IMG/VR virus record: IMGVR_UViG_3300021171_000004
Location: 1 to 64,000 of that record
Source of the DNA: a virus
Reading direction: 5' to 3' (one strand)
Length of the DNA: 64,000 nucleotides
In this document: positions 1 to 9,056 of the stretch, in pieces
Layout of the letters: every line of letters begins with the position of its first letter
How positions within the stretch are numbered: the stretch's first letter is position 1
Translations under genes and position numbers: made by a program
The notes under the pieces: generated by a model
The model's input: the letters and a program-made list of their open reading frames with translations, nothing else
Told to the model about the DNA's origin: nothing
Databases searched by the model: none

Positions 1-200
1 GTGCGGACCTAGGCGGTGCGGAGCTAGGCGGTGCGGACCTACGCAGTGCGGACCTAGGCAGTGCGGACCTAGGCGGTGCGGACCTAGGCGGTGCGGACCT
101 AGGCGGTGCGGACCTAGGCGGTGCGGACCTAGGCGGTGCGGACCTAGGCGGTGCGGACCTAGGTGGTGCGAACCTACGCAGTGCGAACCTACGCAGTGCG
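1..200 (+). repeat. 15-bp tandem coding repeat (GCGGACCTAGGCGGT variants)
   Basis: About 13 tandem units encoding A(D/N)LXX pentapeptides. Confidence 0.95.
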
Positions 201-539
201 ATAAATGCAGAACTAGCTTTTGCACAAGCATCTATTGTTCCGGATCACGGCCCGCTCTTTGTTTGGAAAAAATGCCAGAACAATGTTCTTGTTCGATTGT
301 TCATTCCATCGAAAGCCCGACGTTCGAACGCAACAGGCCGTAAATGTCGCGCAGAACGAGCCAAAGTTCTAGAAGTAATCGGTGCAGAAGTTGGAATATC
401 TCAATCCAACTCTTCTTTTGTGTATAAAACGGGAGAATGGGTTCGCGCCGATAAATGGGATGAAGATCGATGGAACGAGTGTTCTGGAGGGATTCACTTT
501 TTTCTCACACGAGTTGAAGCGGAGAAGTACAATCTGTGA
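3..539 (+). CDS. Pentapeptide-repeat protein with DUF5758-like C-terminal domain (5' truncated by window)
   Basis: Frame from nt 3 reads ADLGG/ADLRS/ANLRS repeats and continues into the 297-539 ORF (RSNATGRKCRA...WNECSGGIHFF). Confidence 0.85.
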   Translation, partial: ADLGGAELGGADLRSADLGSADLGGADLGGADLGGADLGGADLGGADLGGADLGGANLRSANLRSAINAELAFAQASIVPDHGPLFVWKKCQNNVLVRLFIPSKARRSNATGRKCRAERAKVLEVIGAEVGISQSNSSFVYKTGEWVRADKWDEDRWNECSGGIHFFLTRVEAEKYNL

Positions 540-784
540 CCGAAATTCCCCGTCTCGTTCAGGAAGCCCAGCTTCTCACCCAGTTGGTTGAGAAAGCCGC
601 CCGTACACAGCAATATGGTTCTTTTTCCGCTAGAAACCCTACGCTCGGAAAAATGGTTCGCTGTCCGTACTGCCGAATTCGCGAACGAAACCATGAATGC
701 CGGGCAAAAATAAATCACCCAGTAGAAACAGGAAAATCTTTAGTAAAAGGCAAACGACTTAGGAAAAGAGGAGAGAAACCATGA
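536..784 (+). CDS. Hypothetical protein (CxxC)
   Basis: GTGA overlap with upstream gene; CPYC motif. Confidence 0.6.
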   Translation: MTEIPRLVQEAQLLTQLVEKAARTQQYGSFSARNPTLGKMVRCPYCRIRERNHECRAKINHPVETGKSLVKGKRLRKRGEKP

Positions 785-1350
785 AGATCGCAGGCTACGA
801 TGTGGAGTTGATTACCCGCGAGACTGCCAAGGTGGGGTGTACGATTGTGACTCGTGCGGAAGCCGAAGCTCTGCTCGAAGAAATGAACAAGATCCCGGTC
901 ACACCAAAGAGAGAAGAGATCGAAAAGCTGCCCCGCAGTGATTCTGGTTTTCTATCTTTTGCTATTCGTTTTGGAGGCGACGGATGGGTTTCTGTCAGCC
1001 GAAACAAAAATAGCGATGGTCACAGAAACGATGCAGACGGCACAACTGGGTATAACAACGCTGCCGCATTTTTCTGTTTGCGACCGGAACGCGCCGAAAA
1101 ACTGCTCAAATTCCTAACCGAACAGTTGGGATATGTTGCGTACCCACTTCCGCTGTTTGGTGGTTGCGCCCGGCGAAGTCGTGGACAGTTTGTAATCCAT
1201 TATAGCTATGGAGGCCAGAAACAAGGCCGTACAGGAAACGAGTATGCGCGAGAAGAATTCACGTCTTTCGAAGCCGCCCAAGCAATCGCAGAACAACAAG
1301 AACGAGAGATGGGATCGGCTTATAAATATTGGGTTGAGGAACTCCATTAA
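781..1350 (+). CDS. Hypothetical protein
   Basis: 189 aa, GGAG RBS, ATGA coupling. Confidence 0.7.
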   Translation: MKIAGYDVELITRETAKVGCTIVTRAEAEALLEEMNKIPVTPKREEIEKLPRSDSGFLSFAIRFGGDGWVSVSRNKNSDGHRNDADGTTGYNNAAAFFCLRPERAEKLLKFLTEQLGYVAYPLPLFGGCARRSRGQFVIHYSYGGQKQGRTGNEYAREEFTSFEAAQAIAEQQEREMGSAYKYWVEELH

Positions 1351-1877
1351 TGCTCCTTCAATTTACAGTTCAAGCCGATGATTCCATCTGGATCGTGGAT
1401 ACTCAGTTTCTCAATTGGGCCCGCGTTTCCGCTCCAGGTACGGACCCAATTTCCACCGTGCTCGAATCGGGTAAACTGATTCCACAGGGGTTCGGTGTGT
1501 ATGCGTTCGAGGGCCGCACACCTGAAACGGAAGGCCCAGGCGCAGGAATCTGTTCCGTAGGTACGTATCTGGTCGGCCTCGGAAACACCATTAAAATCTA
1601 CATCCGCACAAACGTACCTATTAAGGATTTTACTATGCCCGCTCCGATCCGTCAGATTTTGTATGAAATCCTGCCTACGGATCCTAAGCAAATCGAAAGC
1701 TCGATTCAGGAGATAGCAAATGGACAAGCAGCGGAATCATCGGGACCGCAAGAACCCCAAATCAGCCGAGAGCTACCAGAAACAGCGACACGAACAGAAC
1801 AGCCAGAGGCCGAAACAAGTGTGGAATTCCCAAGCGAAAATCTGGGAGAATCGGTAGATACGGGCGGCGAAAGTTAG
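1350..1877 (+). CDS. Hypothetical protein, acidic C-terminus
   Basis: 175 aa, TAATG coupling. Confidence 0.65.
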   Translation: MLLQFTVQADDSIWIVDTQFLNWARVSAPGTDPISTVLESGKLIPQGFGVYAFEGRTPETEGPGAGICSVGTYLVGLGNTIKIYIRTNVPIKDFTMPAPIRQILYEILPTDPKQIESSIQEIANGQAAESSGPQEPQISRELPETATRTEQPEAETSVEFPSENLGESVDTGGES

Positions 1878-1895
1878 TTCACTAAGTGAACAACC

Positions 1896-2087
1896 ATGTG
1901 GATAGAAATCCTAATCCTGCTCGCGATTGTGGTGGAAATCGGATGGTCTATTTACGTACGAAAACAGGATGCTGAGGCCCTCACGCTTTTAAAGGAAATC
2001 AAAACCATTCTGGAAGATTCTAACGCAGAATTGGCCGATATCCGCGACGAAACAGTGGAAGGAAAAGATGAGCCAACATCAAGCTAA
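1896..2087 (+). CDS. Small membrane protein with coiled coil
   Basis: N-terminal hydrophobic helix. Confidence 0.65.
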   Translation: MWIEILILLAIVVEIGWSIYVRKQDAEALTLLKEIKTILEDSNAELADIRDETVEGKDEPTSS

Positions 2088-3270
2088 AGTAGTTCGTATC
2101 ACAGAAATCCTCCCACATAAAAATGCCGACTCCCTCGGCTTAGTCGAGATCGGCGGATTCCAAGTAGTGGTGCGTCTAGAACAATTCAAAGTCGGAGATT
2201 TAGCTATTTACGTGGAACCCGATTCTATTGTGCCCGAACTTCCGCAATTCAGTTTTGTGTGGGAAAAGGATGGTGCAGGCCAGCTACGAGTATTGGTTCC
2301 AGAAGATCCAATTCCAGAAAGATATCGTCGAATTACCGTTCGAAAATTCCGAAAGGAATGGTCCGAAGGTTTACTCATGCCGATTCAGGAATTTCGAGAA
2401 ACTTTCGATGCGCAGGAAGGCGCGGACGTAGCCGAACTGTTAGGCATTACCCATTGGAACCCGCCCGAGGACCAAGAAGACCGCGAACCCAGTTCGAAGC
2501 AATCCAAGACGATGCCTCGCTCTTTTAAGGGTTGGATTTATTTCCTCAAAAACTGGGCCGTTAAGATCATCACTCTGGGCCAGTACGATCCGTGGGGTGA
2601 GTGTGGCGGCGCGAACGAAAAAGCACCCCGGAACACACCGCCAGTTTACGACGTGGAAAACTTCAAACACTACAAAGATGTTTTCAATGCCGCTGTCACC
2701 GAAGGCGATATCACCATGCCCGCAGAAACGGTGGTAGTTACCGAGAAAATCCACGGCTCGAACGGGCGCTTCCTTTTCCAAGCGGATTTGCTGGGCGGCG
2801 GGAAAATGTACGCAGGGAGTCGCAAGCTGTGGAAAAAAGCAGGCAGCACAAATATTTGGCGGAAAATTCTGTCTACGAATTCCGATATCGAAAAATGGTG
2901 TCGGGAGCATCCAGGATATGTGCTCTACGGTGAAGCGGTGCCCACACAGGGCGGATTCGAGTACGGACACACCAAAGACGCACCGCACCTGTTTTTGTTC
3001 GATATACGAACCCCAAACGGCAACTGGGTAACTTATACCGATGCCCGCGGAATGACGGGCGGATACAATATCGAATGGGCTCCTCTGCTCTATCACGGGC
3101 CGTACGATCTCGAAAAGATTTCCTCTTTGGTGGACGGAAAAACCAAGACAGGCGGAAACCATATTCGGGAGGGTGTCGTGATCCGGACGGAGCCGGAACG
3201 CCATGTGCGCGGGTTGGGTCGGGTCCAACTAAAAATTGTCTCGAATGACTACCTGAAAAAAGAACAATGA
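2068..3270 (+). CDS. ATP-dependent RNA ligase (DRB0094/Rnl2-like family)
   Basis: N-terminal PHKNADSL...GDLAIYVEPDS module, motif I TEKIHGSN, LYGE, FLFDI, REGVV, LKIVS. Confidence 0.9.
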   Translation: MSQHQAKVVRITEILPHKNADSLGLVEIGGFQVVVRLEQFKVGDLAIYVEPDSIVPELPQFSFVWEKDGAGQLRVLVPEDPIPERYRRITVRKFRKEWSEGLLMPIQEFRETFDAQEGADVAELLGITHWNPPEDQEDREPSSKQSKTMPRSFKGWIYFLKNWAVKIITLGQYDPWGECGGANEKAPRNTPPVYDVENFKHYKDVFNAAVTEGDITMPAETVVVTEKIHGSNGRFLFQADLLGGGKMYAGSRKLWKKAGSTNIWRKILSTNSDIEKWCREHPGYVLYGEAVPTQGGFEYGHTKDAPHLFLFDIRTPNGNWVTYTDARGMTGGYNIEWAPLLYHGPYDLEKISSLVDGKTKTGGNHIREGVVIRTEPERHVRGLGRVQLKIVSNDYLKKEQ

Positions 3271-3437
3271 AAACCTGGCAGGTAGTCCTTCTAGTCTATC
3301 TCACAACTGGGGTGGTTGGTGCGTACTTAGGCAGGGCCGGGAGTCCGCTCTGGGTGGATTTTTTGATGGCTCTGGCAATCAGTCTGTTGGGAATTCTGTT
3401 GATTCGTCGGATACGGAATCAAAATCCAAGCAAATAA
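3267..3437 (+). CDS. Small two-helix membrane protein (56 aa, not in ORF track)
   Basis: MKTWQVVLLVYLTTGVVGAYLG...FLMALAISLLGILLIRR; ATGA overlap with ligase. Confidence 0.6.
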   Translation: MKTWQVVLLVYLTTGVVGAYLGRAGSPLWVDFLMALAISLLGILLIRRIRNQNPSK

Positions 3438-3939
3438 TATCCTCTGGTTCGTGCGGGAAATCTTCTAGATATTTCGCGAGGCAATCCAGACAAATTTCGT
3501 CTTCTGCCAAGCCGTCTTTTTCCTGTTCACATAGTGAACAAATCAACGGTGCCTCCGGATTTCTGTGACACGGCTCGCTACGCACACCGCCGCCAGCAAG
3601 AGCATCAAGCCTAAAGCGATTAGCAGGCCAGTCACTCTGGTTTCCAGCCCGTCTTTCTTAAATATTGCCCGAGTTCGTAGAGGTACTGCTGTTCGAAATT
3701 ATATTGTTGGATTCGAACGCCGATCCATTTAAGAAGTTTGTAAATCCCATAGAAAAGAACCAACCATGGTATCACACTCATTGTTTAAACTCCTCGTCCA
3801 GACTTGGCTCTGGCCAGAATATCGTCGGGAGATCATCATCCGTCGCGTGATACGGGCATTCCTCAAGTTCTTCTAGGTTCAGAGGCGGAATGCTCCGTTT
3901 CGTGCGCTTTGGCTTATCGAATAGCGGCTCCCGTTCCAC
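3379..3939 (-). other. Operon of four small ORFs (3778-3939, 3632-3781, ~3543-3635, 3379-3546)
   Basis: Translationally coupled short ORFs downstream of promoter TTGACA-17-GAGAAT; last ORF has CxxC..CxxC. Confidence 0.55.
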
Positions 3940-3944
3940 AAGAA

Positions 3945-4020
3945 ATTCTCTCAAAGTTTAAACTAGATGTCAAGTTCTTTCGCAAATACGCTTGCTAAAA
4001 CTCACAAATTGTGGTACTAT
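3945..4020. promoter_or_regulatory. Divergent sigma70-type promoters
   Basis: Minus strand TTGACA(3973-3968)-17-GAGAAT; plus strand TTGCTA(3992)-17-TACTAT(4015) with extended TG. Confidence 0.65.
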
Positions 4021-4026
4021 GTCTAA

Positions 4027-4224
4027 GTGGGTGAGAAAGAAAATACCCAAAAGTGCGAAGTCCACAACATCCGGGACGCACGAACCAACGATCTGATTTA
4101 TCGATGCAGCCGCTGTCTTGGATGCTATGCCTGCGAACACACCGCCATCTATTTTGCGAAATGGTGGTGGCGCTGCAAGGACGGGAAATTGCGAAAAGTG
4201 ATTCGGGACGGGGGTGTGTTTTGA
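4027..4224 (+). CDS. Small Cys-rich (Zn-binding) protein
   Basis: Six Cys; GTG start 6 nt after the -10 box. Confidence 0.55.
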   Translation: MGEKENTQKCEVHNIRDARTNDLIYRCSRCLGCYACEHTAIYFAKWWWRCKDGKLRKVIRDGGVF

Positions 4225-4442
4225 TTTTGGAAGTCAAACAAGTCGAACCAAAGGTTTGGGGTTTGTACGTAAACGGAATCCTGTTCGGAACATCCAAAAG
4301 CCGATTCGATGCGGATCATGGAAAAGTAATCCTGGAAAACGCCTTCGACCGGGTAGAAAAAGGATTGGACCCGCCGAGCGTTCCGGACGCCACAGGGTTC
4401 AGTTCACAAAGTGAACAGATAACGGACATTCTAGACACATGA
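4221..4442 (+). CDS. Hypothetical protein
   Basis: TTG start overlapping the upstream stop; 3' part of the 4053-4442 ORF. Confidence 0.55.
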   Translation: MILEVKQVEPKVWGLYVNGILFGTSKSRFDADHGKVILENAFDRVEKGLDPPSVPDATGFSSQSEQITDILDT

Positions 4443-4675
4443 GAAAAATATTCGGATACATCATAATCGGAGATTGGGGTACGCTTGGGCTGAGTCCGTA
4501 CGCGAAGCCCGACGAGTTCAACATTTTGTGGACAAATCATCTTACTCTGTTTCACACGAGAAAAAGAGCGCAAGCCGCTATCAAGGCCACAAAGAGATTC
4601 GTTGAAGTGAACGGTTACTCTTGGCCCGTGAAGTCTTTTTTCATCCGACCCGTGGATCATGTCACTCACTCTTGA
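4439..4675 (+). CDS. Hypothetical protein
   Basis: ATGA-coupled ORF. Confidence 0.6.
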   Translation: MRKIFGYIIIGDWGTLGLSPYAKPDEFNILWTNHLTLFHTRKRAQAAIKATKRFVEVNGYSWPVKSFFIRPVDHVTHS

Positions 4676-4859
4676 ACGCTGTAACGAACTCCAAAAAGAA
4701 CTCAAACTCTGCGACCGGGAGATCGATAGCATCGTACAAACCTATTACATGGTCGAGGACGGCCAAAACATAGGTGGAAACATCGCAGATATCTCTAGGC
4801 TCCACGCGAAGCTGGTGGAACAATTGGCAGAACGGAAGCGGGAGCTAGAGAAGAAATAG
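4659..4859 (+). CDS. Hypothetical coiled-coil protein
   Basis: Overlapping operon ORF. Confidence 0.55.
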   Translation: MSLTLERCNELQKELKLCDREIDSIVQTYYMVEDGQNIGGNIADISRLHAKLVEQLAERKRELEKK

Positions 4860-5037
4860 CTTTTTCCTTTTGCCACCGATCTTGGATTCGAGCAATTTCC
4901 TTAGCGGCGTAAAAACTAATCGCACGAAACGTTTCATTTGAGGAAACTTGCCGGACCTGAAAATGCCCGGCAAGCACATGCTCCTCGACTTGAAAATCTC
5001 CGTACGTAGCAACAACTTTTAGATAGTACGGAGTCAT
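4795..5037 (-). CDS. Hypothetical protein
   Basis: ATGA-coupled to the 5034-6053 gene. Confidence 0.55.
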   Translation of the reverse strand: MTPYYLKVVATYGDFQVEEHVLAGHFQVRQVSSNETFRAISFYAAKEIARIQDRWQKEKAISSLAPASVLPIVPPASRGA

Positions 5038-6053
5038 GGGACCAAACTTATGCTGAAGGATTTGGTTATGGCCAATAATTTTGTCATGAACGGCTGTTGA
5101 AATAAAACTTCGTTCACGACTAGGCCAGTCGATCCCTGTTGAATTTCCTGAACTGGCACGGCCCAGTTGAAGCCGTTCGGGACGTTAGGAATATTCAAAC
5201 TGAAAGCGAAATTGAGATTTCCATTCGCATCCACGAAATTTGGGTTAGCAGTCAGAGTGCCCGTCAAAACACCGTTCGCGTCACTGGCCAGAGTTCCAGC
5301 CGGAACACCCACGGATCCGTTCCATTGCTGAACATTAATTGTTCCGATGTAGACGGCACCACCAGCATCGAATAATAAACTGCCCGTCACGGGGAGAGTT
5401 ACAACCGGAAGAGGCGCAACGGCTAGTTTGAATGCGGCAACTCCCTGATACCAACCCACGGGGCTGCTCCACGAGGCTGAGCTTGTGATAGGTCCCGCCG
5501 CAGATTGAATTTGGTCTTCAAAGTAAATGGCATTGTCAAAGGCTTCCAGCGTGTAGCCTGTACCTCCTGTCAAACTATCGTAGTTTGTGGTGCCGTTCCA
5601 GCCATACCCTAGAACCAAATCGTTGGCCTGTTTTGGAGTAATTGAAAAAGACAAAGAACTTGTACCTGTTCCGAAACTTTCTTGGGCCGCTTGGTCCAAA
5701 ACAAGAGAAGCAGAATAATCTGCAAATATCGCCTCTACGTAACTGACCTGACTAAACGAAATGGTAACTGTCACTGTGTTGCCGGAAGCCGTGGCAGTCC
5801 ACAAACCAGTGGTGCCGGGAACCAGAGTCCAAGTTTCTTGCGGGTCTGTTACCGCGATGCCGGATCCAGGTGTAATAAATGCGAACAGCGTGTCGCCAGC
5901 TTTTGCGGACGAGAATATCGGGAATGTGTAGGTTTGTTGCGGATTCAAATAAGAGTAAAAACGAATCAATTTCGGCGGCTGCGCCAAAGTTTGAGCATTG
6001 GCTGAAAAAGCTGAAACCACGAACAAAACTATCAAAAGGAAAATCTTTTTCAC
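5034..6053 (-). CDS. Secreted beta-rich protein (signal peptide)
   Basis: MKKIFLLIVLFVVSAFSANAQ signal peptide; GAGGTG RBS; own promoter. Confidence 0.8.
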   Translation of the reverse strand: MKKIFLLIVLFVVSAFSANAQTLAQPPKLIRFYSYLNPQQTYTFPIFSSAKAGDTLFAFITPGSGIAVTDPQETWTLVPGTTGLWTATASGNTVTVTISFSQVSYVEAIFADYSASLVLDQAAQESFGTGTSSLSFSITPKQANDLVLGYGWNGTTNYDSLTGGTGYTLEAFDNAIYFEDQIQSAAGPITSSASWSSPVGWYQGVAAFKLAVAPLPVVTLPVTGSLLFDAGGAVYIGTINVQQWNGSVGVPAGTLASDANGVLTGTLTANPNFVDANGNLNFAFSLNIPNVPNGFNWAVPVQEIQQGSTGLVVNEVLFQQPFMTKLLAITKSFSISLVP

Positions 6054-6089
6054 AGGGACACCTCAGTATTAGATTTGAACTACAATCCC

Positions 6090-6169
6090 ACCGTACACAT
6101 AGTGAACAGCCGTGTCAAGCAAAATTATTGGAAATTGTTCTTGACATGCCCGAACGATTTTGGTAGGAT
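6090..6169. promoter_or_regulatory. Divergent promoters; the leftward one contains a GTTCAC-N3-GTGAAC-like site
   Basis: Minus TTGACA(6118-6113)-17-TACGGT; plus TTGACA(6141)-17-TAGGAT(6164); site at 6093-6107. Confidence 0.7.
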
Positions 6170-6199
6170 TTATTCGTCCCTGAAATCTGAGGAGGAAAA

Positions 6200-6607
6200 A
6201 TGAGGAAAGCAATCGCAGTAGTGATTCTGTTTGCAGCAATCGGTCTGAGCCTGAACGTCAAGGCGCAATCAACCTACGATGTATATTCCCAAACCACCCG
6301 AACTTGCAATTTGGGTGTCTGTAGCAATGCGCAGTTCACGCCAGAGGCCACGCTGTCCTATGCCTTCGACTTCACATATTACGGCCAGAAAAATGTTTCT
6401 GGAGAAGTGACGTGGAACGGTACAACCTACACAGACGCTGTGGGCTCCCTGGTTTTTGAAGGCTACGGCAACCACTATCCTTTTGGCGAATGGGATTTGG
6501 TTTATACATTCAACGGAAGTCACGATAGCGGGAGGGAAGTTTTCTACTGCTTCCGTTCGTGCGGGTCAAACAGCAACAAATCCGGGGAAGTAGTGGTTTC
6601 TCAATAA
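6200..6607 (+). CDS. Secreted protein (signal peptide, 4 Cys)
   Basis: GAGGAGG RBS; MRKAIAVVILFAAIGLSLNVKAQ. Confidence 0.8.
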   Translation: MRKAIAVVILFAAIGLSLNVKAQSTYDVYSQTTRTCNLGVCSNAQFTPEATLSYAFDFTYYGQKNVSGEVTWNGTTYTDAVGSLVFEGYGNHYPFGEWDLVYTFNGSHDSGREVFYCFRSCGSNSNKSGEVVVSQ

Positions 6608-7072
6608 ATGGCACAATTCGCAGAAGCAGTGAACCACACCCTCGGGTTCGAAGGCGGATATGTAAATAATCCGGACGATCCTGGGGGTGCAACTAAGTAC
6701 GGAATCGAACAACGGGACATGCCGGATGTAAATATTCGTGATATCACGCCCGATCAAGCCGTCCAATATTATTCCGAACACTACTGGAAACCGCTCTATA
6801 GCCAAATAACTTCCCAGTTGGTTGCCAATAAATTATTTGACGCCGGGGTAAATATTGGGGTGGGCGAGGCGGTCAAATTGTTGCAGCGGGCGCTTCTAAT
6901 CGAAGAAGACGGCCTGTTCGGACCCAACACCCTATCTGCTACGAATATTGCTGGGGACGGCCTGCTACCCACGTACAAACAGGTATTAACGCAGCACTAC
7001 CAAGCGATTGTGGCGGAAAAGCCAGCCGAAGCAAAATTTTTGGCGGGATGGCTGCGTCGGGCAAATTCCTAG
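6608..7072 (+). CDS. Endolysin, glycosyl hydrolase family 108 with peptidoglycan-binding C-terminus
   Basis: EGGYVNNPDDPGGATKYGI, LFDAGVNIG, DGLFGPNTL, FLAGWLRR. Confidence 0.92.
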   Translation: MAQFAEAVNHTLGFEGGYVNNPDDPGGATKYGIEQRDMPDVNIRDITPDQAVQYYSEHYWKPLYSQITSQLVANKLFDAGVNIGVGEAVKLLQRALLIEEDGLFGPNTLSATNIAGDGLLPTYKQVLTQHYQAIVAEKPAEAKFLAGWLRRANS

Positions 7073-7109
7073 TTTTGTCCGAAAAATACATCTTTTTTCT
7101 GACAAGTCT

Positions 7110-7161
7110 GTAAGTCTTTTGTAATCAATGATTTACGTAAGTCACTTGTTTTCAATAGGAT
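7110..7161. promoter_or_regulatory. Tandem IHF-like binding sites
   Basis: AATCAATGATTTA (7123-7135) matches WATCAANNNNTTR; a second related copy follows. Confidence 0.5.
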
Positions 7162-7213
7162 GTGTGGTATCGTTACACGTCCTATGTAAGAGGGAAGAAG
7201 TGTGTCATAGGGA

Positions 7214-7432
7214 TTGATGAAGCCGATTGAGAACCCCGACATTACGAATGAAGATCCGAAATACTGGGAAAGAGTCCTTTTAAGTCATGGACTTAGCCCG
7301 AATGCGGGCGCAGTTCCCAGCCGAAAGGTATCTTTTATTGGTGGATTAAACAATTTAGTCGGCAAAGAGGAAGAAGAAGAGAGAAAAGCAACTGGTCAGG
7401 TGATTCCAAAAGGCCACGGACCAGAAACATAG
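7214..7432 (+). CDS. Hypothetical protein
   Basis: 72-aa ORF with purine-rich upstream sequence. Confidence 0.55.
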   Translation: MMKPIENPDITNEDPKYWERVLLSHGLSPNAGAVPSRKVSFIGGLNNLVGKEEEEERKATGQVIPKGHGPET

Positions 7433-7515
7433 ATTTGGGCCCCGGCAGTTAAGGCGCACGTAGCAATGCAGCTACTAAGAAACAAATATTCTGCCAAATT
7501 TTATAGGAGAAAAAC

Positions 7516-7941
7516 ATGCTCGTACTAGTCCCGTACGCTGATTTTATTGCTGTTGGTGGTGCCGCTGTCGCGGTTATTGCTCTGATTCACAGTCTAGCCA
7601 AGAAAGCCGGACCTGCGGGCGCTACTGGGCCGCAGGGGAAGCAAGGAATTCCCGGAGTCCAAGGTCCGATTGGCCCGCAGGGGCCAGCAGGAGTGGCCGG
7701 GGCGAAGGGCGACAAAGGCGATTCTGTGAAGGGTGCGGATGGGGCACCGGGTCGAGATGGGAAAGACGGGGCGTCTGTAAAAGGTGACAAGGGTGATAAA
7801 GGCGATAAAGGCGATTCTGTCAAAGGCGATAAGGGTGACTCCGTGAAGGGCGACAAAGGGGATAAAGGTGATTCCGTTGTCGGGCCCAAGGGTGATAAGG
7901 GAGACAAAGGCGATAAAGGGGACAAGGGCGATCACGCTTAA
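7516..7941 (+). CDS. Membrane-anchored collagen-like (G-X-Y) protein
   Basis: AGGAG RBS; N-terminal TM helix then GPQ/GDK triplets. Confidence 0.85.
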   Translation: MLVLVPYADFIAVGGAAVAVIALIHSLAKKAGPAGATGPQGKQGIPGVQGPIGPQGPAGVAGAKGDKGDSVKGADGAPGRDGKDGASVKGDKGDKGDKGDSVKGDKGDSVKGDKGDKGDSVVGPKGDKGDKGDKGDKGDHA

Positions 7942-7979
7942 ATTTTAGTTCACAATGTGAACAAACGAAGTCCTATAGG

Positions 7980-8115
7980 TAGGATGGGGTCTTTCATATC
8001 CCCCCGTGGCCGCATAAGGGTTCTTGCTGAGAATCTTTATGGGCGCGGGGCGCTATCGAGGCCGAAAGAGAATGGTATGACTGGACAGGGCCTGAAAAAC
8101 CCTGTCCCTATCCTA
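7980..8115 (+). ncRNA. Candidate structured RNA (unknown family)
   Basis: Closing stem TAGGATGG/CTATCCTA; internal stems CATAAGGGTTCT/AGAATCTTTATG and GGACAGGG/CCCTGTCC with G-U pairs. Confidence 0.5.
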
Positions 8116-8135
8116 AAATTTTTCAGGAGAACAAA

Positions 8136-8321
8136 ATGAAAGTAAAGCGAGCGCAGAAATGGCTCCCTCAAGCACAAGTAGAAAAAGCATTTCACAAGGC
8201 GATTACATCTCTTCGAAATGTGCGCGGGTTTGTGAATCTCGAAGCCAAAGTAACTATCCGCGTTTACGATGCGACCGACCCGAACAAAGCGGTAATTTTG
8301 CAGAGCAAGCACGCGGTTTAA
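8136..8321 (+). CDS. Hypothetical protein
   Basis: AGGAG RBS. Confidence 0.65.
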   Translation: MKVKRAQKWLPQAQVEKAFHKAITSLRNVRGFVNLEAKVTIRVYDATDPNKAVILQSKHAV

Positions 8322-8795
8322 TATGACAACACGAATTCACATAGTGAACTTCGGGCCCGATAAGGTCGAAGCGAGCGTAGAATCCACTAATATTACGTCC
8401 GCGCCAGAAGTAATTTGGCCCAACCAATATAAAGATTTTTACGTTTACGACAATCACGATATCGTGGTGAAAGAAATTCCGAACTCGAAGCCTGTATGAG
8501 TCGCTACCAATATTTCTGTAGTTTATGTTCAGGTTCAGTGACCAAACCCGAAACAGGCACGAGCACATCCAAATCAACCAAAGCGGGCCTTCACGGTTGG
8601 AAATGTAGTTCGTGCGGGGCAAAAGGCGTAAAAGTGATTCGCAAAATGAACAAGGACGGTGAGTGATGCGTGGAGACATTTTAGCCAGAGGCGCGGCCAG
8701 CGCGACTTTTCCTTCGAACAGCCATATTCCCCAGGACAAATGGGACTCCATATTCGGCAAACGTCCGCTAAATATCGCGAAGCCAGAGAAGAAAA

Positions 8796-9056
8796 ATGAA
8801 ACTAAAAGAACGGCTCGCAAGCGCTCTTCAGAATAATAGTCTTCTTGGTCTGTACAGGCTGTTTGGTGGACTTAGCGAGTTCTGGGCGTTCATATTCGGA
8901 GCGGCCACTATTTATCTCGCGTTAAAAGGAAAGCTCGACGGAAATTTTGCTTTAGCTGTGACCGCGATTACAGGAATTCTTACGGCTCACGACGCTTTGG
9001 ATGATTGGCACAGCCGACACAGAAGAGACCAACAAGACCCAAATAATGCCAGTTGA
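8796..9056 (+). CDS. Putative holin (two TM helices, charged C-terminus)
   Basis: FWAFIFGAATIYLAL and FALAVTAITGILTA hydrophobic segments; near endolysin. Confidence 0.45.
   Translation: MKLKERLASALQNNSLLGLYRLFGGLSEFWAFIFGAATIYLALKGKLDGNFALAVTAITGILTAHDALDDWHSRHRRDQQDPNNAS

Noticed and set aside
1-200. Tandem repeats as a CRISPR array
   Set aside because: Contiguous 15-bp units without spacers that encode pentapeptide repeats; no cas genes.
1877-1891. Palindrome as canonical parS, CRP, Rex or Gram-positive LexA box
   Set aside because: Spacing and orientation differ from GTTTCACGTGAAAC, TGTGA-N6-TCACA, TTGTGAA-N4-TTCACAA and GAAC-N4-GTTC; kept as an unassigned motif.
2440-3228. Long antisense or alternate-frame ORFs (e.g. 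2440-3228, 41350-42021, 54958-55680, 62716-63955)
   Set aside because: Shadow ORFs over well-supported genes, without RBS or recognisable motifs.
7433-7500. Riboswitch (SAM-V/preQ1) or twister ribozyme upstream of the collagen gene
   Set aside because: Only short stems (GGCAG/CTGCC, GTAGC/GCTAC); conserved cores not matched.
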